From: Tubulanus polymorphus
Taxonomy: Eukaryota > Animalia > Nemertea
Length of the DNA stretch: 64,000 nt
Assembly: GCF_964204645.1 (NCBI RefSeq)
Contig: NC_134028.1
Coordinates: 7,564,001 to 7,628,000, forward strand
Reading direction: 5' to 3'
Every line of letters begins with the position of its first letter. Position 1 is the stretch's first letter. Below, piece by piece: positions 52,114 through 64,000 of the stretch. The notes under the pieces were generated by a model, which was not told the origin of the DNA, made no database searches, and saw only the letters and a program-made list of their open reading frames with translations. The position numbers and the translations under genes were made by a program.

Positions 52114-55100
52114 TTATTCTAATATTCCGACACTGACTACGCTATCTCCGCGTAGAAACAACTGATTGACGTGACGTTCGATACATTTACCCCAGCGATT
52201 CGGCAACGCGATCGTTTTACGACACCACGGATCGTGATAGTTCGGAACGACGGTCCCGACCGCCGCAGGACGTTTCGGCTTATCGTCCGATTTCTCAGCG
52301 ACATTATGATTATCGTCGCGGTTATCATTCAGCTTTTCCATTTCGACAGAATTGACCTCGGCCATCCTCATAAATTCGGGATTAGTCGTGAATGATTCGA
52401 CCGACGTCTGAAACAAAACATCGGATGAGGTCCGAGTTTCCGTGAGATCTGACCGATGTTTTCGAGTCCGTTCGATCGAAAGTGAAGAACTTTTCTCGGT
52501 ACCGGATAAATCTAGAAGTTCGCTACGAAACTGCTTTAGCTTATTTGAAAGCGCGGCTAAATCGACCTGTTCCGAGTTTGTATTATCATAGACACGTAAT
52601 TCCAGCTGCGGATTGTCAGAAGCCACCGGAACGTGGGGATAGCACGGAGCAGAATTCGTAGACATGCCGGGGTCAACTGGCTCCTGAAAATAAATAAAAT
52701 TTCCTTGTAAATTGATAAAAGATTGCGATTCAGTTCATCCACGTAATTCTATCTACGGTAAACATTTCTTAAAACTATCAAATCAAAGGGCTGTTTCGCA
52801 GAAAGACTTTAAAGTTTCATAAGTCTTGATAACACAATACACTGGAATGAGAAGTCAGCTACAGGTCATCGGCTTATGTAATCAGAACTTCTTGATCCAG
52901 GTCCACATTTCCGAGTCAGTTTATCAAACCCGAAAGAAATTTATCATCGATCATCTCAGACACATGTATTGTATCAAAATCTAGCTCACAAGTGTCACAC
53001 GGGCTTAACCCAATATTCTAAAAGATTGGCAAAAACGAGTTTTCATTTAAGATATTGCATAAACATGTACTACTCACTAGATTCGTCTGCTTCTGGTTAT
53101 TAGCTGGTTTCTGTCGGTCAGGTTTCTTTCGAAACGGTTTCACATAGATTTCATCGACATCGACCATCGCCTACAAAGACGAGTTATAATTTCATACAGT
53201 GAATTATTACCACTTGATAAATAAAGAATCAGTCTTGATGATGATATACTCTACTCTGAATGATTATTCTATACAGGAAAAGCATACCAGATTCCAGTAT
53301 TTGTCAAAAGCAACGATGTATCCAAGGCAATATCCTCTGAGCTGCCGAGCGCCGCGGGTCCAAACTTTTACGCGTAATCTCTCCTGAAGAGCTGTATACA
53401 AAACACTTATTGGGCCTTTTATATCTGAAAAAGTGGTTGAAAAAACACAAATCTTTTTAATTGAAGTCTATGTAACCTGAAAAACCTACGCTTTCAATCT
53501 AAATCTTATCATTTACCTTGCATACGTGTTAAAACGTTGCGAAGTTGAGTTCCCTGTTTCAGTTTTGCTCTAGGATTAGTCGGTATGAGACCGACGCCTA
53601 ACACAGTCGTACGAGGGGCTGGTTTACTTTTAACTGCTGTAGCCTTGGACAAACTCTCGTTACTCACAGAGGACACATCAGTCTTTCCCTCAGTTGAAAC
53701 CTTTGACTCGGAAGAAAGGCCGACTGAGGTTGGGAACAGAATGCCGACAGATTTATCGAACAAGGTATTCAATTTCACTTTACAGGAGTCTAAAAACGTG
53801 GATGCATTTTCGATTTGAGACATCGCCGGTGTACGGAATAGCTGCTTTAACCGTTGTTGACAGAGATCGGAATATTTTTGTAATTTAACAGGCAAATCAG
53901 GACCTGCAATGTGATGCACACGCATCTGGAATGAATTCATTAAATCATTGGTTACATCTGACATTTGTCCGTACAAATAGTCCAACACAAGCTGACAGTG
54001 ACACTTATTTCTTTCATCAACTGATGACTGTTCATTTCGTTTCTCATGTATTGAGCAGTGATTGTCGAAAATATAGTTGAGCACGAAGTGGCATGAATCA
54101 CTTGCATCCAAAGGCTGAATCTCAGATATAAAGTGTCGATCGGTCTTGTTTTCAATTTCAGATTGATTTTTTGATTTCATATGATCATCGTCAATTTGTG
54201 CTTCCATCGTCTTTTTACATTTCAATTTCTCTGTATCTGCAGTTTCTTGACCAGTATGCTCTTTTCTTCTGCATATACTTTTCTGTTCTTGCAATTGAGC
54301 CTTTGAATGCTCATTCACTTCTTTTAATTTCACATTCTTTTTACCAGAATGACAATCTTCTCTACTATTTTCATGAGCTGACGGTATTCTTTCACTTTCC
54401 CTTTTTCTTCTATCATAGTCACCAGAATGTCGCCGCGGTGGCTCCACTTGATTTTCCACCATACATGATGAACTAGAACATTTTTTATGTGATCTTTCAT
54501 ATGCACTACCATGTAAACCTGTCCTTTCTCTCCCTCCCTCAATCTCTTTCACTCTATCACTTTTAGGAATACTTCCACGTCTTTCACTTCTACTTTTAGA
54601 TGATGGACTAGAACCTTTTTCATTTGGCCTTTCATGTTTTTCACCATCTAAACCTGTCCTTTCTCTCCCTTCCTCAATCTCTTTCACTCTATCAATACTT
54701 TTTGTACTCCCACCTCGGCTTCCATGTCTTTCACTTCTACTTCTAGATGATAAACTAGAACCTTTTTCATTTGACCTTTCATAGTGTTTACTATCTGAAC
54801 TTCTTTCTCTCTCATTCTCAATCTGTTTCACTCTATCACTACTTCTAGGAGTACTCCCACCTCGGCTTCCATGTCTTTCTCTTCTACTTCTAGATGATGG
54901 ACTAGAACGTTTTTCATTTGACCTTTCATGTTTTTCACCATCTAAACCTCTCCTTTCTCTCTCATCCTCAATCTGTTTCACTCTATCACTACTTCTAGGA
55001 GCACTGCCGCCTAGGCTCCTGTGTCTTTCTCTTTTACTCCTAGATGATAGGCTAGAACCTTTTTCATTTGACCTTTCCTGTTTTTCACTATCTAAACCTC

Positions 55101-57835
55101 CCCTTTCACTCCTTTCCTCGATGTCTTTCGCTCTATCACTATTTCCAGGAGTACTGCCACTTCGGCTTCCGTGTCTATCACTTCTACGTCTAGATGATGG
55201 AGTAGACCCTCTTTCATTTGACCTTTCATGTTTTTGACAATCTAAACCTCTCCTTTCCTTCTCTTCCACAATCAGTTTAACTCTATCACTACTTCTAGGA
55301 GTACTGCCACCTCGGCTTCCGTGTCTATCACTTCTACATCTAGGCCTATCAGATCTTTCATCTGAATATCTCCTTCGCCGCTGGATCTCATCTCTTTCTT
55401 TTCTCATCTCTTTTCTACCACTGGGACGGTCACCTGAATGCCTGCGCTGTGGAGCATTTTCTCGATCCCTTTCTTCCCTAGTTCTAGAAGTCTGCTTATC
55501 CAAACATTCCTTTCGCCTGTCTTCCCTTATATCAATCTTTCTACCGGATTTTTCTTCTGGTTCACATTTATGCTTTTCAGCATGTTTTTGCCTCCGTTCT
55601 CTAGTACTAGAATGTCTTCTTGGCTCATTAACACATTTTTCTTCTCTTTTTCGGTCACTTTCATGTTTCCTTGGCTTAATCTCATCTGTTTCCTGCCTAT
55701 GGCTTCCGGTTCTTCTATCTGTTCTTTTACTCATATCTCTTGTACCTGAATGTCTGCTGCCTTCACGGTTTCTAGGCTCACTTTGGCGACTACGAATCTC
55801 CTTTTCATTTGACGGTATACTTCTATCAATATCACCTCTCCTAGATTTGTGACTTTTTTCTTCCGGTGGATCTCTTCTCTGACTCTTATCAACATCATGT
55901 CTTCTTACACTTTCTTTATGATCTTTATGCTTCTTCTCTTTCCTATGATCACTTCTTTTTCTGTCAGGTCTCTCAGCACTGTGCTCCTTTCTTCCCCTTC
56001 TTCGATCACTTCTTTCATCCATATTTACTTCTTTGTCCTTTTTACTAAACTTATTATCACAGTCATCCTTGTTCATATGGACATAATCTTTAGACCTATT
56101 CAAATTCATTGTTTCAGTACATGGCTCACTTTTGGTTTCTGTTACACTTTTCTCGCAGCTCTCAAAATCATGACTGCTTAACTCATTACATTTTTCCTCC
56201 TTCGAGAAGTTCAATTCATGAACTGACGACCTACGTTTGCTCGGTGATTCGGGTATCAGTCTTTCTGCCGATTTTCGACCCATTTCATGCACCGAAGATC
56301 GCCTGTTGTGTACTTTTTTCACACGACAAATCAAAACATGCTCGGATACCGATTGATATTTAGTTACGTTCGAGGAGCTGATTGGTGTTGGTAACCTAAG
56401 ATCAAGTTCACCTTTACAATGTCTCAGCGGAATATCCATCAATACATTATCCAAATTTTTTGGAGTTTGAGCATCACTTTCTCCAGCGCAAATTTTTTCA
56501 TGTTCAGTTGATTCAAAACTTACATGGATGTCTTTACTTTTATTACAAGTTGCAATTTCAAAATGATTAACCTTACTTTCGCTTGCGCTCATAGAATCAC
56601 CTGAACAATGCAGACGATTAGCAATGGCTTTCGTTCCGTTACTTTCAAAGTTCACATCAGTTGTTTCCGTGACCACATTTTGCTGTTCAGGAGATTCACT
56701 TTCGCTGATATCGGGAGATTCAATTTCATCGACTGTTTTAATATTCTCACTACGCTCCAAATTCATACCGAATACTTCGTCCATCGACAAACTGTCTGAG
56801 TCATCTTTAGAAGTTGATGACCGGTCCGAACTGTTTGATGAAGATGAGGAATAATTCCAATCATCAGTTTGGGAGTTATCACCATCAGTTTGAGAGTCCT
56901 CACCACCAGCACGTTCCATCTCATCCACCGAAGAGTAAGAATCATAGTCCAACTCTGTGTCTGATGAATCCTTTCCCCTTTTCGTCTTAGAGTTCTCTTC
57001 AGATGTCGAAACCTCCATGCTCGACCTGCAACTTTTGTCCGAGCTCATGGATACATCTGCATCATCTATATTCACATTAGCGATGATACCCTGCAATAAA
57101 AACAAAGCCATCGATAAATCATAAGCAAAATTGAGATGAAGAGAAAAATTATTTGTTGGAGTCTCACCAGAAATGAAAATTCAATTAGGCCTATTGCGGT
57201 CAATGAGAACTTGAAAATTGTCAATGACTTATCTTACTATAGTCTGAATACCAGATGTTGTTACGGTTCCCGTTGTTTGAGGAACAACGACTTTTAGATA
57301 GTTACCTGATTGTTGGTGGTAGGCCTAAGCTTTTAAAATCGGATGGGCTTGTTTGTGAAAATACCCGATTGTGAATCTAAACCACAGACAGGTTACTGAT
57401 TAGGCCTACACAGCAGGCTAATCTTTCGCCAAACTGAAAGCTGATTGATTTTGATTAGTAAAAATATCTGAAGGTTACCTCAAGTTTTGCATGTTTGGAG
57501 GATGAGTCTCCATCAGTTTCGTCCACAATTGTATCATCTAAAGATGGAGGCATGCCTTCGACAACTGCTGACGATTCAGGTAAAACAGCTGTACTATCAA
57601 CTGCAGCAGTGTCGTCATCCTCTGTTTCCATCATTGCTTCATCGGAATAATTCTCATCATATTCCGCTTCAAATTCATCATCGCATACGTCATAATCCAA
57701 ACAAATATCGTCAGCAGCACCAGTTGTAGTGGTAGCTTCTTGTCTTCTCTTTCTCGGACTGGGCCCTACCACGGGTTTTCTGCCTCTTTCCCCACCTCCC
57801 ATCTTTAAATCATTCATTCTCGGGTTACTTGACAT
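52114..57835 (-). CDS. LSM11: U7 snRNP Sm-like protein LSm11 with a very large N-terminal low-complexity region (~1576 aa, 5 exons)
   Basis: Exons (minus) 57835-57479, 57090-53517, 53424-53288, 53170-53078, 52683-52114, all phase-consistent. LSm11 signature RNVLTRMQ-DIKGPISVLY...RVKVWTRGARQLRGYCLGYIVAFDKYWNLAMVDVDE (Sm1), a long insert, then RHVNQLFLRGDSVVSV (Sm2). Confidence 0.85.
54465..55340 (-). repeat. Coding tandem repeat, ~6 units of ~150 bp (50 aa)
   Basis: CTCTATCACT recurs at 55281, 55131, 54981 and 54831, with variants near 54687 and 54552. Unit is approximately RSDRHGSRGGSTPRSSDRVKQIEDERERRGLDGEKHERSNEKGSSPSSRS. Confidence 0.92.
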
Positions 57836-58225
57836 CTTAAAAGGTGCTAAGACCGCCTCGATACTCGCTAGCTGCCACAAAGAATTCTATTTGCCAATAA
57901 TTTTGAGCTACGCGCCTTTCGAAAAATTTTCCATGGGCGCCGCCATCTTGATATGTCAGTGGCGGAACATTTCGAAGTGCTTAAGTTTCCTAGAAGAAAT
58001 TGGAGCATATTTTCCACGGCTGTAATCTAACAAAAAACATTTCCAACGGTTAAAACAGATAACTGCAACTGTAGAGACTGGTCTGCATGTGCCAATATTT
58101 AGAATGATTGTTTGATTGGACAATATAGCGCTGAGTGTAATTCAAAAGTTTGTTCCGTAACTCATTCATAGGCCTTGGATACATGACGCTATCGACTCCA
58201 CATTTTGACATTTCCTCGGCCAAAA
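57836..58225. promoter_or_regulatory. Bidirectional promoter region between LSM11 and the CCDC166-like gene
   Basis: Head-to-head start codons 390 bp apart. A YY1-type motif GCCGCCATCTTG lies at 57939-57950. Confidence 0.6.
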
Positions 58226-60741
58226 ATGCCTCCCAAAGGGAAGAAAAAGGGAAAGAAGGGCAAGAAAGGAAAAAAGGGTTCAGCTAAACCTGGTTCTACA
58301 GCACCGGGTACACCTGGAACACCAGCTGATGATATATTTCAGGATAAAGAAGAACTTTTGCAGAAAGAGTAAGTCTATTTCTAAAATCAATTCAATAGCA
58401 TTTTATTCTCTTGTAAGTCTTGCGTTCAAGTCAAGTTCAAGATACAAGTCTTCTACATGAAACAAACTAATTCATCAGAGAAAGTTAAAGTGTAATTATT
58501 TTGTGTAGGAGACTTATAAGTCTGAGTGAATATCTGTGATTGTTGGCCAACCCGATGGCGATGAATTCAAGATTTATATTAGAGAGCGATTTCAAAATGT
58601 TCTTATTTCAGGCTTGATCAGTTAACAGGTGATTTGGCATCTGTGAAGAACAAAGTCCAAGAACTGTATCCTTCTCATTCAAAAAAATCTAGCAGAAAAA
58701 TCGATCCTATAACTGGCATAATTTGTTTTGTTTTCCTTGAATAATTTTTTCCTGATTTAGTCGTCAAGAAAATGATTGGTTGCAACAAGAAGCGCATAAA
58801 ACTAGGATTGAAAGTGTGAGTTTACAACAAACTTCACCGCTTTGAATCTTTATGATCAATTGCGATGAAAATATCACTCTCAAATCATCGAAGTCAAATC
58901 ATCGAAAATGGGCTAATTGGTTATTCGGATTTATTTGTAGCATGAATATATGAGTTACATGGAGAAAAAAACTGCAAAACGACAAACAACAATTATATCC
59001 CTGAGTGACCAGAATCAGAAAGAAATCAACGACATATTAGCCGAGAAGAACGCAATGATCGATGAATTCGCTGACAAGAAACAAGGTACCAAGAATTACC
59101 ATTAATAAGACATTGTATCCGTGTCGTGGCGATAAGATAAAGGGAATTTCACAATAATAATGAAAAAATAGAGTCTGAAACTGTTTCCTTTCACCACTGT
59201 CACCACTAGGATTCGAACCCATGAACCCTGGATGACTGAGTGTATTGTTACGACATCTGATGGGTGCCGGGTACCCCATTAAACAGTATTAACTAATCAA
59301 ATTCCAACCCATTCGAATTGGTATATTTCCACTTTGCTGGTTTTGGTTGTCAAAATTTCACCATGAAATTCATAATACATTTTTGTTGTGTGTTTCAGAA
59401 CTTCAAAACCAGATTTTTGAAAAGGAAAATTTGCTCCGTAAAACAATTGACGAACTCGATGATTTACAAGAATATAAGGTAGGCCTAAATATTCCTATCA
59501 TATATTGCTGCCAATTATTATACCACAGTATATTCTGCTCTGCGTTCCTGCTTGAGATCATCTGATTTTGTCCTAAGTACAGAGCCATACCTAGAATTTG
59601 AATTTTGGGGGCTTAGATTCCTGAAAAAGGGCTGTTCTTTCGGACAATAGTAATTGCGAAAAGGACACTTTTCCAAAATTTCTGGCGGGCAATTGTTGCT
59701 ACCCCCTACAATGTGTAGCACTTTACAAATCGGACGATGATTATCTTTTAGTTCTTCTTTTTTCTACTTTTCGCGACAGAATTTACAAAAAGAACAAGTT
59801 GCTCGGATTAAAGATCTGGAGAAGGAAGTCATGTCGATGAGAGCGATTCATTCCGATACGATTCAACAGTTAAAGGCTAAATTCCTGAAAGAGAAACAAG
59901 AATTTCAGGTCGAATCTGAACAGAAAATTCAGCTGATGGCAAAGCAAGCTAATAAAGTATGTATGAAACCTTGAAGCTACATGTATTTCCTCGAGTTGCG
60001 TGGAGTAAGTTGAGCAGGTCCGTAGTCAGCCCCCTCATGTCTTTGAGGAAGGGTCAATTTTCCTGAAAGTGGAACTCTTTTTGAGGTACCCACGTAAATG
60101 TCACGTCCTGGGAGTACTCTCAGAGAAAAGTTTAGAAATTAGAAAAGATGCAAAGAGAAGCAATTTCTTTCACAACTTTTAGTATATTTGGGGTGGAAAT
60201 TTTGCTTCTTTTTCCAACAATTCGGCCTCAAGTCAAGAAAGTTTTGAAGCATGTGCATATTGTGAATGAAAATGAATGAAAAAGTGTTACAAATGAGTGA
60301 AAGTTTTGAAATCAAAACTCTTTCTTAAGGCCAGCATCCGGGTGGAACTTAGTCAATGAGCGGGTTCTGTACCCCTCCCCTAAATACAGGCCTGTTGAGG
60401 ATTAAAAAAAATTTTAAAAATCTGTTTTCTGTTTACAGGATGCGTTCTCTTGTTTGAACGACCACACGAATCGTATCAAATTAGAAAATCGTAAACTACG
60501 CCACGAACTGTTAAAACTGATACAACAAACGCGAGCGTTACACGAGCATCGACGTTACCTCGAGGACCAACACAAGCAGCTCGTACGCGAGCAGCAGTAC
60601 GCGCATGATTTACAGAAAATACGCTCGACTCGACAGCACAAAGTTCTGCACTCGTTCGGAATTATCGACGACGACGGGAATGAAATCTCGTCGGAGACGG
60701 CAGAAAGTCCGGCGATAACTCTCGAAACGCATCACAGTTGA
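58226..60741 (+). CDS. CCDC166: Coiled-coil protein, CCDC166-like (DUF4515 family), ~318 aa, 7 exons
   Basis: Exons 58226-58368, 58612-58665, 58761-58815, 58941-59085, 59399-59478, 59780-59956, 60439-60741. MPPKGKKK...LRQENDWLQQEA...EYMSYM...IISLSDQN...LQEYK..QKEQVARIKDLEKE...LKAKFLKEK...HTNRIKLENRKLRHELL follows the CCDC166 motif order as I recall it. Confidence 0.8.
59150..59280 (-). mobile_element. tRNA-derived SINE-like fragment in a CCDC166 intron
   Basis: The minus strand has GGGTTCGAATCCTAGTGGTGAC (perfect B-box at ~59209-59219) followed by an AT-rich tail. No cloverleaf can be drawn. Confidence 0.4.
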
Positions 60742-61129
60742 TTATAATTTTTCGTCTATACAGAAGTGAATTCTCGTCGTGTCAGCGAAGATGGCGACGG
60801 TTTCTTGAATACAACTGAAGGAATCGACCTCTTTTTAAAGAATTTTTCTAAAATCTGGGACTACCACACATTTTCATGTAGCAGTCAATTATTTCGCCGA
60901 ACCATAGGCAAATTGTGAAGTTGTGCAATGAAGTTGATCAGTTCAAACTGGTTTTTTACAGTCAGGATCTTCATCGCAGTCTCTTTCAACTGACTGAGAT
61001 ATTTTCGATCCATATGTGTCGGTCATATTGTTAGATGTTAAAAGGTTTTATGGAAATCAAATGATTAACTGGTTGCTATTAAACATTTTCTGCATATCTA
61101 GAATGCTGAATAGAAATTCCGTCCTGTAT

Positions 61130-61188
61130 ATTATATATATATATATATGTATGTATGTATGTATGTATATATATACATATACATATAC

Positions 61189-61243
<55 letters not shown>

Positions 61244-61254
61244 TATACATATAC

Positions 61255-61324
<70 letters not shown>
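61130..61324. repeat. Compound microsatellite (TA)n-(TATG)n-(TACACA)n-(TA)n
   Basis: Seen directly, between the converging CCDC166-like and PLA2 3' ends. Confidence 0.99.
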
Positions 61325-61326
<2 letters not shown>

Positions 61327-61907
61327 ATTGTTTGATTTTTGTTGTAAAATTATTGTTATTTCCAATAAAGTCTTGCCTACAAGTATAGAGCTTCTTCTAC
61401 ACATATACACATATATTATTTTCGGTCCTTTCAAAAGTTCCTATCTATCTTGTAAAACATTTCCATCAACGGAGAGGTATTCTTGATTGAAACGTTTCGG
61501 TTTCCCCGGAGAGAACGTACTCAATATTTCCAAATATTTGCAGTGGCGGTATCGTAGAAAAAATATCGACTTTTGAATCAGTTGACTGGATACGGAGCTT
61601 CGAAAAATGAGATATATCTTGGCGTTTACAACGAGCTTATAGGGTAATTCTGAAGGAATGTAAAGGATATTTGCAGTGGATCATTCGGGGAAAAGATCGG
61701 TTTATGGATCAGATGATCGGATATGGAGCTTCGAAAGAGGTTTACGGCAAGCTTATAAGGTAATTCTGACTGACTACTCCAAACTGTTATTTCCGCGTAT
61801 CACCCACCAATTAGAAACCATCAATCTTGAGCAAGAATTATGTCCAAAATGATTTAAAGACCAACAACTAGATTGGTGAAAACATGAATCTCCAATTCAA
61901 TCTAAAA

Positions 61908-63290
61908 TCATCCGAAAAGCACGTCCCAGGGGATATTATTCTTAAAGATATCCTTCCATTGGTTCAGTTTGTCCGGTGTAGCCAGCAGTTTTTGAATGGT
62001 TTTATCGAGAATCTGCGTCACTTTACTATTCGATTTGTGTTCGTCGTCGTATTTATGGTGATGTTGCCCGAAACATTTGGCAGCTTCCCTGTCGCATTCG
62101 CAAACGGTTCGCTCGCACAATTCAGTTTCTGGATCATTCGCTGAAAATGTGCATAATTTTCAAAATCAAGTCGGATTTTAAAATACCCAGAGAATAGTCA
62201 GTCAAATGATTACTATTATCGTAATATCCCGAGCCATATTTTGCTTTGAATATGCAGCTGGTACTTCAATTTGAATACTAGTTTCAAGATCTAGATAAGA
62301 CTTTATCAATTTGATAGGGATATTCATAATTTTATTCATAACACCCAACCCTTTATACTTTACACCACAATGGAAACTTACTGCAAGTGATATTTCCTTC
62401 GTTCGTCTCGTATTCATAATACGTCAAATAAGGCGCTTGTAAGTAGAAGAAAGTCTTGCATTCGTTTCTCCAAACTCGTCGATAACACAAATCATGAATC
62501 ATACAACACCTGATAAAACACAGTTAATCTCTTGATTATTTTACAGAAGTTCTATCAGTTTTGAATATTCCATGCACTCTATATAAAGTATTGCGTTTAT
62601 AATTAGAGGCAGTGTTGTTGTATCGATTATAGAATATAGTTGCAGACTACCTAATTCTGCCTCAAGAACATGTACGGTACTTTCTTGATTGAATGAACGA
62701 ACTAAAACATTCCAAGAAATTAACAAATCTGGCTTAAGTATCTGTGGTGGGTGAGGCTTTAACAATAAGTTCATTTAAAAAAGATTTCCCTCTAGCCCTG
62801 GAAGGGTTGTCCTGAATCTTTCGGGGACAATTAGGGTTTTTCGCCGGCAACTATCCCCCGCCGCTGGGGTTTCCCCCTGACAATTGTGAGTTGAGTTGAA
62901 TCTACGGGTAAGTGAATGAGAACGGACTATGCTGCAGCAGGCCAAGCCTAATACGCCACGAACCTGTCAATGTCATCAACTGGCGTACCATCTCCTCCTC
63001 GACCACACCATCCGCCGTAGTTATTAAAATGATGAGGCTCCCGTCCAGTTGTTATGCTTATCATATCGGCAAATTGTTCTAAGCGCCTTTTCACTAATGA
63101 TACACCACGTGCCTCTTCGAATAATATACATAATCATTATATCAATAAATAAAGCCTAAATACGAATAAATAAGTGATCATCGAAATTTTTGTTTTTGAA
63201 AACTTGAGATAGGACTCGCAAGTTACCTTGTATTGGAAACCCAACGATACATAAAACGCAAAAAGCAACTAGGTTCCCGGTGGTGGCCAT
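61908..63290 (-). CDS. Secreted phospholipase A2 (group I/II/V/X-like fold), ~191 aa, 4 exons
   Basis: Exons (minus) 63290-63227, 63114-62964, 62509-62382, 62140-61908. Signal [21 protein letters not shown], propeptide ending KR, then RLEQFADMI, Ca-loop [15 protein letters not shown], catalytic [11 protein letters not shown], and [11 protein letters not shown]. Confidence 0.93.
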
Positions 63291-63900
63291 GACTGAACAA
63301 AGGTATCCACTGACTGAAAAGTGAAGAGAAAAATTAACTTAAACCTGGCGTAAATTCCACTGTTTTTCGAAAGTCTGTGTTTAAAGGCGCCCACTCACTC
63401 CGCGGTGTCTCCCTGGCCTGCATTTGAACAACTCTAACATATACTCTACCGCTGCAGTTCACCAGACGAAAAAGATAACACGACTAATTGATGACGTAGG
63501 CACATAAAATCAGATGGTAGCCAATTACCGGTATACATTTTAGCTGTTCAATTCACACGGTTCATTTGAAATTCTATCCCATCCATATTTGACGAGGATC
63601 CCATCCATATTCGTATATATTTGATGATAATACAGAGCCTAGAGCATGAGTTTCCATTTTCCACGTCTCCAGAACGAATCGGTCATTCCTGAGGATCTGG
63701 ATGGTCGCCGAATATGGCCATGGTCTGATGTGTGGTCAGCGGGGTGAGGAGAGATGGGTGTTGTTCAAAAACCTTTGAACTTGGACCAGAAAATATATTC
63801 GTCATAACTAATGTTTGTTATAACCAGTGAAATTATAAAAAAATGTCCTATTTAGGACGAAATTCTAGGGTTGCAATAACCGATTGTCATATTTTATTAG

Positions 63901-63980
63901 GTCGCTGTAGATAACGAGTTTCCTGAAGGCTTTCCGCCATTGATGGTGCTGATGGCTGTTTGTCTGGAGTTTTCAGCAAC
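63901..63980 (+). other. Probable exon of a gene continuing beyond the window
   Basis: TTTTATTAG acceptor and AAC|GTAAGT donor. One open frame, VAVDNEFPEGFPPLMVLMAVCLEFSA. Identity unknown. Confidence 0.35.
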
Positions 63981-64000
63981 GTAAGTAAGCGAACACTCGC

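Noticed and set aside
54465-55340. Regularly spaced repeats resembling a CRISPR array
   Set aside because: The whole 150-bp unit repeats, with no unique spacers. It is in-frame coding sequence in a eukaryotic gene, and no cas genes are present.
53585-56945. Many plus-strand and off-frame ORFs, some hydrophobic and TM-like
   Set aside because: They are antisense shadows of the purine-rich LSM11 giant exon.
57836-57880. Extended LSM11 N-terminus (MWQLAS...) in the ORF track
   Set aside because: It starts at a non-ATG (TTG) codon. The first ATG is at 57835.
59150-59280. tRNA gene suggested by GGTTCGAATCC (also at 33120 and ~45002)
   Set aside because: No cloverleaf with acceptor, D and anticodon stems can be drawn, so these are treated as SINE-like.
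61016-61486. Five overlapping ORFs with YT/HI/CV repeats
   Set aside because: They are translations of the compound microsatellite.

Overview
AT-rich, intron-containing animal DNA with GT-AG introns of about 80 bp to 4 kb. It is probably a marine lophotrochozoan invertebrate; this is inferred from gene content and repeats, not proven. I built seven complete spliced genes by hand with consistent intron phases: (1, 2) two tandem, divergent TRPC-family channel paralogs (+; 10959-23365 and 27733-38655; 15 exons each); (3) a secreted EGF-like/fucolectin-like/5xFN3 protein with no transmembrane helix (-); (4) an SLC22 organic cation transporter (-); (5) LSM11 carrying a 3.57-kb charged, repeat-rich exon, about 1576 aa (-); (6) a divergently transcribed CCDC166-like coiled-coil gene with a probable U12-type intron (+); (7) a secreted phospholipase A2 (-). 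The first ~10 kb is repeat and transposon debris. The main non-coding signal is two families of small retro-insertions that carry minimal hammerhead-ribozyme motifs, 5'-inverted structures and 12-14 bp target-site duplications, as in Penelope-like elements. I found no rRNA, intact tRNA or CRISPR array.
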